Below, piece by piece: positions 33,226-44,084 of a stretch of 64,000 nucleotides of DNA (the first letter of the stretch is position 1; the number at the start of each line of letters is the position of its first letter). The stretch is taken from positions 434,001 to 498,000 of the forward strand of contig OW569360.1 of NCBI GenBank assembly GCA_937625935.1. Reading direction: 5' to 3'. Source of the DNA: Tetramitus jugosus. Its lineage: Eukaryota; Protista; Heterolobosea. Below the pieces are notes generated by a model. That model searched no databases and was not told where the DNA came from. It saw only the letters and a program-made list of their open reading frames with translations. Made by a program: the position numbers and the translations under genes.

Positions 33226-34299
33226 ATGACACAAGTTTCCACCATAGTCACGCTGGAGAACATCAAGGAAGCACATGAGAGAATCAAGCCACATGTTCAC
33301 CGGACTCCATTGCTCACTAGCCATTGTTTGAATGACATGACCGTCGATGCTGATGCTGAAGAAGGTGACAGTCAATTGAAGAATAACAAGAAGCAACTGT
33401 ATTTGAAGTGTGAGAATTTCAACAAGATTGGAGCTTTCAAGATTAGAGGAGCCACCAATGCTGTTCTCCAGTTGTTGAAGTCTCCTCCTCAGCAGAGTCA
33501 TAGCACTGGTGGTGAATGTCGACACGTTTGTACTCATAGCAGTGGAAATCATGCGCAAGCGCTTGCTTTGGCCGCCAAAATGTTTCAGTTGAACGCACAC
33601 ATTATCATGCCTGAAAATGCACCAATTGTAAAGCGCAATGCTGTTGAGTTGACTTATGGCGCCAAAGTGTATTTGTCGGGGAATAGTCAGCAGTCGAGAG
33701 AAGAGACTTGTGAGCGTGTGATACAGGAGACTGGGGCTCACTTTATTCACCCATATGATAATGACCATGTGATAGCAGGTCAGGGAACTGTATTGTTAGA
33801 GATGCTGGAGCAATTGAGAGAAGAAACAGGGGATCCAGAAGCCACGTTCGATGCTATTATCTGTCCTGTTGGTGGTGGAGGGCTAATGTCTGGAGTTTCA
33901 ATTGCATCTAGAGGACTGCTTGGAGATGGTGTAAAGATATTTGGAGTGGAACCTGAGAAGGCCAATGATGCACAACGATCCATGCAAAAGGGATGCATCG
34001 TGGAGAATGAGCAACCACCACAGACAATCTGTGACGGACTCAAGACCAATCTGAAGCCAAGAACATGGCAATATATCAATCAAAATGTTGACCAAATTTT
34101 CTCAGTGTCAGACGAAGAAGTGACAAGAGCTATGAAACTCGTTTTTGAGAGAATGAAGATTGTGATTGAGCCATCAAGTGCCACAGTTGTAGCAGCGGCT
34201 CTATTTCATCCTGAATTGAGACAAATGTCATTGTCTAGGATTGGTTTAGTGATCAGCGGAGGTAATTGTGATCTCGATCACCTACCATGGTTGAATTGA
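33226..34299 (+). CDS. Serine racemase / serine-threonine dehydratase (PLP, fold II)
   Basis: LKCENFNKIGAFKIRGA, HSSGNHAQA, HPYD..VIAGQGT, PVGGGGL, IEPSSA, SGGN. Confidence 0.95.
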   Translation: MTQVSTIVTLENIKEAHERIKPHVHRTPLLTSHCLNDMTVDADAEEGDSQLKNNKKQLYLKCENFNKIGAFKIRGATNAVLQLLKSPPQQSHSTGGECRHVCTHSSGNHAQALALAAKMFQLNAHIIMPENAPIVKRNAVELTYGAKVYLSGNSQQSREETCERVIQETGAHFIHPYDNDHVIAGQGTVLLEMLEQLREETGDPEATFDAIICPVGGGGLMSGVSIASRGLLGDGVKIFGVEPEKANDAQRSMQKGCIVENEQPPQTICDGLKTNLKPRTWQYINQNVDQIFSVSDEEVTRAMKLVFERMKIVIEPSSATVVAAALFHPELRQMSLSRIGLVISGGNCDLDHLPWLN

Positions 34300-34339
34300 A
34301 TGAAATAAATTCTGATATTTATCTTCAATACCTACAGTA

Positions 34340-35323
34340 TTAGTTAGGTATATATTGTAGACTGGCTGGGGTCTTACCGGATGGAATATTGACTTTCGAT
34401 ACTTGTTTCAGCTCTCTTCCATTGAAGGAATACCCAACAAAATCCATTGGAGCCTGTGGTTCATCGATCGACATAAATGCATAAATAATTCGGTTTACAT
34501 AGTCAATCGGTGTCATATTGGCCAGTATTTTGACATAATCATCAAATGTTCCATATGCATTCGTTTCACCAGTCACACCATCCAACGTAACCAGAGTACG
34601 AGAGTATGTGTTGTTACTGCCCACAATTAAACCGATTCCAGTCATCAATGCTGTCTTCGGGTCATAGTACATGCTCTGCATCTTAAACTTGTTTGACAGA
34701 GCATCAAACTTGATGACTGCTCTATCAACATCGATTCCGAACAAGGATGGAAACGTGCTTCGTGCACCCAATTCCAACCACAGAACACCATTCTGAGGAT
34801 CAAAAGCAGACGCACTACCAGAGAGCATGTCCAGCGCATCGAACTGTATCAAAACATCAAGCTTTCCAGTCTTTGGAATCACTCTTAGCACCGTATGAGT
34901 GTTATTCGTAGCTGGAGCGAGCTTTCCACTCACATACACGTGGCCATTTCTAGGATCCACGTTGCAAGTCTCTCCAAAACCCAGAAAGACCGTTGTAACA
35001 AAAGGAAGGACAACTGAGGATAGCGTATGACCAGTATTCACATCCAATCCAATCAATTGCAGCGCTTGAGAGGTTGTATTCAGACCAATCAAATAAAAAA
35101 TTTCATTTGTCAGATCCATGCTTGACAGCTGCTGAGGGAACACGACATCGGAGAGCTCAGGCCTTGTTTCAGAATTGATAAACTTTCCAGTCAACGGATC
35201 AAATGTGGCAAGCTTTGTTGGTTGTCTTTGAATTCCAACCAGAGTCGCATGAGTGCACATGCTCAAAATGAGCAGCAGCGTAGTCAACAACAAGAAGGCA
35301 ACTGTGGATTGTTTTGGCGCCAT
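34340..35323 (-). CDS. Secreted beta-rich (propeller-like) hypothetical protein
   Basis: Signal peptide AFLLLTTLLLILSMCTHA; repeated xDPxxG beta-hairpin motifs. Confidence 0.75.
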   Translation of the reverse strand: MAPKQSTVAFLLLTTLLLILSMCTHATLVGIQRQPTKLATFDPLTGKFINSETRPELSDVVFPQQLSSMDLTNEIFYLIGLNTTSQALQLIGLDVNTGHTLSSVVLPFVTTVFLGFGETCNVDPRNGHVYVSGKLAPATNNTHTVLRVIPKTGKLDVLIQFDALDMLSGSASAFDPQNGVLWLELGARSTFPSLFGIDVDRAVIKFDALSNKFKMQSMYYDPKTALMTGIGLIVGSNNTYSRTLVTLDGVTGETNAYGTFDDYVKILANMTPIDYVNRIIYAFMSIDEPQAPMDFVGYSFNGRELKQVSKVNIPSGKTPASLQYIPN

Positions 35324-35479
35324 TTTCACTTTGTTTGCTTAGACACGATAGATTTCCAAAGTTTTCTAGAATTCTGAACCACCCAGAGAAACACAGAGAG
35401 AAAAGCTTCTTTCTTTCTTTGGTCGCACACAAGAAACAAAGCATAATATTCTTCAATCGATACACTCACAAAAACAAAC

Positions 35480-38129
35480 ATGTCACACGGCGGCGAAACA
35501 AGGATCAAAGAGGCTTGTTTAGCTCTCTACAACAAGTCGCATGAAATCTTTCGCATGTTACCCATCTCTGATGAAACCATTATTGGAAGGTAAGTGTTCA
35601 TCACATTCTTGATCTCAAGTGTTTAACTGATTGGATCATGTTCAATAATTGAGTTGATCTTTTTCATCATGTGTTGTCTAACACTAACAACTAACTGTTC
35701 ACAGTCAAAGCGATTGTCGAATTGTGATCCACAACAATTCTGAGATTCAACCAAAGCATGTCAAGATTGTCAAAGTGACTACTCCTGGTGATTCTGACAA
35801 GTATTTGATTTTTCGATACAATGAACAGTGCTCTCTGACCATTAATGACAAGGTGGTGAATGACAAGTCTGTTGAGTTGAGGCACAATGATCTCATTGCA
35901 ATTGGTACGGTCACTCAAAAGGTGTTTGGATTTAGATGGCACGGTCGACATGTGTCCAGTGGTAAAGCTGTGGATAGCTCCATCGCTTCTTCTTCTGCGA
36001 CATCGAGCCGCAAGAACAAGAAGCAAGAAGCACAGAGTACTGCTCCTACTACTACTGCCGCCCAGAAAGAAATGGCATCATCTAGCAAGTTGCCAAAACG
36101 CCAACAACAAGCTGTCACAAAGCCTGCTGCTACTGAAGCATCCAAGGACTCAAGTGCCGCCAAGAAGAAAAACAAGGGCAAGGAGATCAAGGACAAGAAA
36201 AAGAAGCAGGAGAAGAACAAGCGTGTTGAATTGGTTGAACATAGTGACTCAGAACAAGAAGAAGAAGAAGAACAACCTGTTGTGGCTCGTGCCAGTGGTA
36301 GCAGTCGTAGTGCAAACAAGGATGTGTCTGAGCCACAACCCATTACTCAATCTCAAACACAGCAAGCTCTCAGTCGTCAGGCATCACCTCCTGCTGAAGA
36401 ACAAACACAAATTGCTTCACACATTTTAACGGCTCAACCAGATTCTGAAGATGAGGCAATGTATTCTGAGATTACTGAGATGAATGCTGAATATCCTTTC
36501 ACGCAAGTCATGCATGATAGTACAGTTCTCGAGGAAGAGGGTAGCGAGAAGGATGATGCACATACAACTCAATCTCAACATGTAGACTCAATCTTACACA
36601 TCCAGGAACAGAATGCTCAAGTTGTCGCAAACTCTCCCGAGAACCAAACAGAAGAAGCGGAAGAGTCAACTGCTCCTCCCAAAAGCGCTTCGAGTACATT
36701 GCCACGTGCCAAGATAGATTTAAAGAGAAAGAGTTCCGAGTTGGACGCAAGCGCCTCCAAAAAGCCTAGACTCACGTCCCAGGATTCTACTCCGTCTCAA
36801 CCCTCTCAAGATTTAGCATCCATGAACTTCGAGCACTTGATTCAAAGTTTCAATACGAATACTATCACTAAGTTGCAAGAACTGACTGCAGAAGTTAACA
36901 AGCTGCGAGCTGAGAACCAAAATTTGAAACACAGAGCTCATTCTACCGGACAACAGGTTGATGAATCACTAATTAATGAGATTTTACAAGAAAAATTGAG
37001 ATATGAGAGTTTGTATGATGACAAGGTGAGCGAGAACTTGCGTTTGCAGGACCAAATGAGAAAGTTGCAACAGAAGAACAGCGATCTTCAAAGAAGCTTG
37101 GGTGAGAGATCCAACATTAGAGTCGATGAATTCCAAAAGATTCAAAACTTGTATCTCCAAGCCAAGAACGATCTGTTGGACAAGGATAAATTATTGAAGG
37201 GTGCTGAAGTTACTCGTAAGAGTTTGGAAGCAAACATGGACAAGGTTCGAAGTGAGAACACTTCACTCCACAAGAAGATTGCGGATATGAACGCTGAGAT
37301 TGACAGATATAAGACCCAAATCATGACCAGAGAATCTCATATGAACCAAACACTTAAGATTAATGTGGAGGCGTGTCATGTGATTGAGGAAGACACACGT
37401 GCCATGTTGTCAGAGTATCATGATATCAGAGAGCAGATAAACTCTCTATTGACAAGAGGCTCTTTAACATTTGCTCGTCGCAAGTTGAACATTTTCACTC
37501 AGACTGCGAACGTGTCCGAAGAAATGGAACCTAAGAGCACTCCACCAATGGCTGAGAACGCACCATCTGATGAGCCAATGGGTACTGATGCATTGAATTC
37601 TGCACCACCTGCCGACAAACCAACAACCACCTCTGTACCAGCCAAACCAAAGCATACCTTTTCGCGCGTCCCACTTCCTCCACCAACAGCCAATAGAGAC
37701 ATTGAAGAGGCTAGAAGAATTGCCACACAGAGAGCACCTAGAATCGGATCTCTCGCCTTCACACAAGTGCCTAGAAACAACAATGATACCGCTGTCAATC
37801 ACTCAAGCGGTCCCAACACTGGTGCACCCTTGCCACCAAAGAAGGCCACCAAGGTAACGTTCAAAGATATTGACAATGACAGCGTTTCGATCGTGAGACC
37901 ACTTGGAGAGAGTCCAATTTGGTCAAAGAAGAGATCCAAAGCAGCAGAGCAATCAAGTCAGATGACTCAAGTTACCTTCCCTTTTACTTACGCTCAACAA
38001 AGTCAAAGAGTATCCTCCTCTGATTCGTTGCTCTCTGTGAGTGACCTCAGTGAAGAAGAGGAGAACAACTTGAAAAATTTGCACTTTGACAACTTGTCTG
38101 ACAATGACGAGCAAATCTCATTCAGATAA
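35480..38129 (+). CDS. FHA-domain + coiled-coil protein; intron ~35590-35704
   Basis: Exon 1 MSHGG...TIIGR spliced to ..CRIVIHNNSEIQPKHVKI...LRHNDLIAIG (FHA); central coiled coil; many SQ/TQ motifs; KVTF. Confidence 0.8.
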
Positions 38130-38304
38130 TAAGCAACGTTGTCCACAGTCAGAAATCATGACCATGTTAGAATAAGGAAAAAAAATAACACATCAATAAA
38201 TCGTAGATTATCACCTGCCGCACATTCCCAACAAAAAATCAAAAACAACAAAGAAAATGAAGAAGAACGCAAGAAGGCAATCAAAGAACAACAACCAGTC
38301 AAAG

Positions 38305-39357
38305 ATGGAGCAGCATCAACCCTTGTTGACAACCAAAGTGGAAGATGATGAAGATGAATGGTTTGCCAACAACAATGCTGCTTTGGATGATCTACCACAA
38401 CAACAATTCTTGGAACCTGAACAATCAGCCATTGCCATCACCATTCATGAAAATGGCACAAACAATAATAATAATAATACCAACAACAATAGTAACAACA
38501 GCAACAACAATACGAGTGATTCTTCCATCTTTAGTTTCTTCACCAACAATATCACTAACAACAGTAGTGGTGGTGGTCATTTTGCCAATTCAATGATCAC
38601 GTCATATATTCAAAACTCACTATTTCAATCCTTTTCCAATGCATTTGCCTCTGATGATCAACAACAACAACAACAAAATAATCAACAAGAAAAGTCATCT
38701 CGAACACCGACTCGTACCATTGTAGGTGGTTTTCTCTCTCAGTACTTTGTTTCGATTGATGAAAAAATCATCTTGTCTCGCATCGTATCCACAGTGTACA
38801 AGCCCTTCCAGCCCATGAATGACATTTTTATGAATCCTGACTTGTATGGACCATTGATGACTATTTTTAGCTTTGCCATTCTGATGGATTTGTTCTTGTC
38901 TGTGAATCGATTTGATTCGTTCCCTGGTGCTGTCATGTCATTTGCTCTGAGCTCGGTGTTGATTGTGTGGACATTGTTTAGTCTTGTCATGTACGTTGCT
39001 TGTCGAATGTTGTCTGTTCGTGACACAAACTTGGTCAGTGTGTTTAGCACAGTGGGATACAGCATGTTTCCACTGTTGATTGTTGGTTGTTTGAGTGTGC
39101 TGCAATGGGAAGGATTCAAGATTTTGTGTGCTCTCGTGTGGTTGACCATTGGTGTGTTGAGTGCGTTGAATCTTGGAAGGACATTTATGGTTCGTACACC
39201 AAACAAGATGAATGCGTTGATTATGCTGGGTTTGTCTGTTGTCATACAAATGATTTGTGTGCTTGTTGTGGGTGGTGTTGGTGCTCATTACATTGTGAGA
39301 GCTACTACTCAGGCTGCACCTGACCAAGCTGGTTCGCCGTCAACAGGAACAAAATAA
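38305..39357 (+). CDS. Yip1-domain membrane protein (YIPF-like)
   Basis: YF..D..I..R, PDLYGPLM, STVGYSMFPL, five TMs. Confidence 0.88.
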   Translation: MEQHQPLLTTKVEDDEDEWFANNNAALDDLPQQQFLEPEQSAIAITIHENGTNNNNNNTNNNSNNSNNNTSDSSIFSFFTNNITNNSSGGGHFANSMITSYIQNSLFQSFSNAFASDDQQQQQQNNQQEKSSRTPTRTIVGGFLSQYFVSIDEKIILSRIVSTVYKPFQPMNDIFMNPDLYGPLMTIFSFAILMDLFLSVNRFDSFPGAVMSFALSSVLIVWTLFSLVMYVACRMLSVRDTNLVSVFSTVGYSMFPLLIVGCLSVLQWEGFKILCALVWLTIGVLSALNLGRTFMVRTPNKMNALIMLGLSVVIQMICVLVVGGVGAHYIVRATTQAAPDQAGSPSTGTK

Positions 39358-40112
39358 GATGGATGAATGCTGCACGCACTTTCAATTATAAAAGAGAATT
39401 TACTTAGTTCAAATGATGGATCTCTAGTAAGAGAACCATCATCACTCTCTTATCAAGGCCTAAGATCCCATATATGGTAGAACAGTGTCCCAGATACCAG
39501 AGCATATCAGAACGATCAATCGACTGATTCCACCAAGAACAAACTCTTCTCAAAATTGCAATCCGCCAAATATTGGAACATCACAGTTCTGAAATCTTGT
39601 GTCTCAATCTCGTCTTGGACAAGATCTCTGATATCCTGGGCGTACTTTTCTCTCGCATATTCGCATCCAAAATATACTCGACTTCACCCTCTTTTGGTTT
39701 GAACCAAAAGGATAGAAGATGTCGTTTACCTAAAAGGGCATGAATGCATGTCTCTGTTCATAGGAGTGGCCCTTTCACTGGAACAACCAACAAGTGAAAG
39801 TCGCAATGAGAAGCAGGCTCTCGTACCTTATGCACTGTAAACAACACACCTGGTGTCATACCCACCTCCCTCTACTCGCGCATGTCACCTTCGATTACTC
39901 CGGCTAATCCTGTCGGGATTTGCACATTTTTTCAGTTGGTACTTTGAGTGTCAAACGTTTCTGCGCCAATTCTTCACACACCCAGCACGCTTGCAAACTT
40001 TTTTTTCTCTTGGAAGCAAAAATCTCATTCCACACACACAAACAAACAACTACCCATTCTCAATCCAATAAACAACAACAACAACAAACAAGTTGATATT
40101 GTTACTTTAACC

Positions 40113-41042
40113 ATGTCAGACATTCAAACAAGAATCCTAGACTTTGTGGACACGAACATGATGCCACACTTGGACAAGTATGTGCTCCAAACGGATGCAT
40201 TCAAGACTTATCACTCAGTCTTGTCGAAACCAACCATTCTTAACAAACTCCTCAATGAGTACACTCACATTTTGCCATGGGTCTCTGTTGCCCTCTACCT
40301 GCTCATGGTTTTTGGTCTGCCAAAACTTTTGGCGCCAAAAAAAACGGACGGACCTCAAGGCGCCAAATCCGTACGCAAGCCAGTTTCTGGATTTTTGAAA
40401 TTTTTGATGGCATCACACAACTTGTTTTTGTGCTTGTTGAGCGCAGCTATGATTGCTTGCGCTGCCCTTCCATTTGTCTACAGGTCATCCAAGAGAGCGA
40501 ACTGGTTGTTGAGCATTTGCGACACTGAGCACATTTTGTTTGCTGACAGTCCAATGCACTTTTGGGCCCTCATTTTTGTCTACTCCAAGTACTATGAGCT
40601 TTTGGACACTTTGTTCTTGATTATTAAGAATCCTGAGAGAAAGGTACCATTCTTGCACTATTATCATCACACCACTGTTCTCTTGTTCAGTTGGTATGCT
40701 GCCTACTACAACTTTACTGTTGGTTACTGGTTCGGATTGATCAATGGAACTGTGCACATGTTCATGTACTATTACTACTTTTTGACCGAGTTGGGCTATA
40801 GACCTACTTGGGCCAAGCCATTGACCATGCTCCAAATCTCTCAAATGTTTGCCGGTTTGTTCTTGAACGGAACATGGGCCTACCAATTCCTTGCCAAGGA
40901 ACAGAATTGTGAGTGCAAGAACCCTAATGCAATCATGATCTCTGCAGCTGTCATGTACGCCAGTTATCTGTACTTGTTTGTCAGCTTCTTTATCGGAAGA
41001 TACTCTACCAACAACAATAAGAAGACTGTCAAGTCTGACTAA
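40113..41042 (+). CDS. Very-long-chain fatty acid elongase (GNS1/SUR4/ELO)
   Basis: HNLFL, SKYYELLDT, FLHYYHH, NGTVHMFMYYYY, TMLQISQM, MYASYLYLF. Confidence 0.96.
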   Translation: MSDIQTRILDFVDTNMMPHLDKYVLQTDAFKTYHSVLSKPTILNKLLNEYTHILPWVSVALYLLMVFGLPKLLAPKKTDGPQGAKSVRKPVSGFLKFLMASHNLFLCLLSAAMIACAALPFVYRSSKRANWLLSICDTEHILFADSPMHFWALIFVYSKYYELLDTLFLIIKNPERKVPFLHYYHHTTVLLFSWYAAYYNFTVGYWFGLINGTVHMFMYYYYFLTELGYRPTWAKPLTMLQISQMFAGLFLNGTWAYQFLAKEQNCECKNPNAIMISAAVMYASYLYLFVSFFIGRYSTNNNKKTVKSD

Positions 41043-41125
41043 ATTAAACCACTGTTGAATTCTTATGATTTTGCATGTTTGTTTTTATTTGTGGTTGTGG
41101 AATATCATATTACTGTCACTTCAAT

Positions 41126-43580
41126 TTACCTGTATCTTGGTCCAGAGTGTCTTCTGTCTCTGGAGTCATGATAACCAGAGCTTTGTCTTGGTGGGTAGCT
41201 GTGTGGTGGCGGGTAGTGGTATCCGTGAGGTTGTTGCGGAGGCATTGCGTGATGATGGTAGGATTGAGCAGGGTGCGAGTGACCGGCATGAGGTCCTCGA
41301 GGTGCTTCATTCCTTCTCTTCTCGCTGAATGTCACCTTGATCTCCAAGCCGTTCAACATGTGTCCATGCACTTGAACTAGTGCTTGAATTGCATTATCCA
41401 AATTATCGAGTTGAACAATCGCCATCTTGTTCTCAATCTCTTGATTATCGTTGGTTCGTGCAGTCTTGTTGCCAAAGAATCGAACTTCTTGCACATCACC
41501 ATACTGTCCAAACAAATTTCTAATGTCGTCTTCCGTGGCAGAACCAGGAATGTTGGACACGTGCAATGATTTTGATGGAGCACAGATATGATTGTAGTTC
41601 TTTGATCCAGCTCTCTTGAATCTGTGCAGAGGAGAGTTATGGAAGTCTTTGAATTGACCATCGGTGGAGAATTCGCCAGAGTCGGACCTTGGTGTGTTGA
41701 TATTGTAGTGCTTTGATCGAGAGACAGATAGAGTAGATCCGTACAGTGGGCATCCACGACTCAAGTATTGCAATGCAACACCTGATCCGTAAGGATTTGT
41801 GAATTCAATCATGGCAGCTGACTTTGGTGGTGGCAGAATCTTGACTCTCTCCACGTCACCGTACACTCCAAACAACACAAACAAGTGATCGCATGTCACT
41901 TGATTGTTGATGCCACGAACGTAGAGAACAGGCGTTTCAGGACCAGATCCATAACCTCCCATTGGTGGCTGTGTGTTGTACGGTGCGTAATGACTAGCAC
42001 CAGCATAGGGAGCCATTGGATAGAATGGTTGGTGGTGAGGATAGTTGCCAGCTGGTGGCGCAGAAGAACTGGCATTACGGCTAGGTGGAGGTGCATTGTT
42101 GGAGAATGCTGGCTCGTTTGGCAAATTAGGATTGGTAAAGTCTCTGGTTCGATCATTGTTGAACTTGACGTTCAAATCCTTCATTTTGGAGTACACGATG
42201 CGCAATTTGCAACAATTTGGGTAAATGTTTTGTCCATCGAGTGCAACCTTGGCAGCTGTGGCAGCTTGAACATCTGCAAACTGAATCAGAGCTTGTGTAT
42301 TGTCTAAAGATTGTAAAGTGATTAGCTTTCATATGAGATCACATACATATTCGAACCACATATGAACATGAGATGGAAAACATAAAAAGAGAAAACATAC
42401 TGTTTTTCGAGAAGACAACAATCTTGTTCACATCACCATACCGAGAAAACACTTGATGCAACACATCAACTGTTATCGAATAAATCACATTGAACAGAGT
42501 GGCCAACAGCACATTATTTGGTCTCTCCTACACAAAATCAATCAAAGCGAAACACAATATTGTCAGTCATCCACCAAAAATACCATGTATATGCTTTTGC
42601 ACAACAATTACACACACGCACTCTCTTAAAAAAAAGAAGAGACTCACACACTTAAAAAAAACAACTCAACATACATCTTTCTCAGGTCTCTTAATCTCCT
42701 GTCTACCAGAATAAGTCACATACACTTGTCTTCCTCTCAAATGAAACGATGAACCGTGGACTTGCAAGAATCGATCTGCATTTTCAATTGCATTAAACTC
42801 CACAAATGCTTGTTTACTGTCCTTGAGAACAACAATCTCCAATGAGTCATACGGTCCAGTCACCGCTTCAATCTCCGACTGTTGACAATTTGGCGGTAAA
42901 TTTCGAAGGAATAAAATTCGACTTGGCGCCACTTTTTCATCCGTTTTCCTTTGTTGTGAAAATGAAGAAGAAGAAGAGGACGATGAATCTCGATGTCCTC
43001 CTCTCTCATCATCATTCACTGACAAATCATCGTCTTCTTCATCATCAATGTTCATATCAACGTTTGATGATGATGATGATGATGATTGCATTGTTGTTGT
43101 TGTTGTTGCGACTACTGCATGAGAATGATCAATCAAAGAAGATGAAGAATTGTCCAATTTTGCCTTTTTCGATGGACTCAACACTGATTGTACTCTTTCA
43201 TTATGATGATCAGATGATGATGCTTGTCCACTCAACAACAATGATGACTCGTTTAATGTTGTTGATGTTGCTGATGATAATGGTGTTGATGATGATCCAG
43301 TTGCTGCTGCTGCTGCTGATGGCAATAATGATTTTTCATCAGTTTTCTCTCTGCGTCTTCTGTGATGAATATCATCGTCATCATCTTCTTCTTCATCTTC
43401 GTCTTCAGCGTCCTCAAAATTCACATTTTCATAATCGACTCTCGCGCGCTTCTTATGAGCCAATAACTGTTGTTGTTGTTGTTGTTGTTGCTGAGATGAT
43501 GTACCTCCAATAGCAGTAGTAGCATTAGAGGAACCAGTAGTAGATGGTGATGAAGAATCTGAATGATCGTTATTGTTCAT
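41126..43580 (-). CDS. PTB/hnRNP-L-like multi-RRM splicing regulator, 2 introns
   Basis: PSRILFLRNLP..QAFVEF; IYSITVDVLHQVFSRYG; LFGVYGDVERVKIL; SPLHRFK..GSKNY; PSKSLHVSNIP. Confidence 0.92.
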
Positions 43581-44084
43581 GTTTGTTCCGACAATTGCGT
43601 AAAAAAAATTTGTGATCGTTTTTTGTTGTTGTTGTTTTTCAATAAATATGTGCGTATGACTGACGTTCAATGGTGGTAGAGATCAATGATGTGCCTGGTG
43701 GTGGTGGTGGTAATGGTGGTCAGTCAGATTATTAGGTGAGTGAGAGAAGTGATTTTTGCTATAAGAACTAGATATATACACATATAGAGAGAGAGAGAAG
43801 AAGAAGAAGAAGAGAGCTTTGTGTGAGAAAATGAAGCGAATGACATGAAGTGAGGAGAGAGAGAGTATGTGATGGAAATACCCTGTGTTGTTGAGCTTTG
43901 ACGTCAAAGTGACTGGCTGTTGTTTGTGTGTGTGGTGCGATTGGTTCTTTCGTTTTTTCGCAAGTAAGTAAGGGTTGTGAGAACACCAAAAATAATTCGA
44001 TCGTTTTTTCGTGCGCACGAAATGCTGTTCAACCAACACGAGGAACAAGATTTTTATCCGACTCACTCACAGATCACGAACAAA

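Noticed and set aside
34340-35323. Beta-propeller-like gene as a RAG2-like partner
   Set aside because: It has a signal peptide, lacks kelch GG motifs and a PHD, and lies 7 kb outside the island.
39400-39750. Short protein-like minus-strand frame (…EKYAQDIRDLVQDEIETQDF…)
   Set aside because: Under 60 codons between stops, with no start or recognisable domain; at most an unidentifiable relic.
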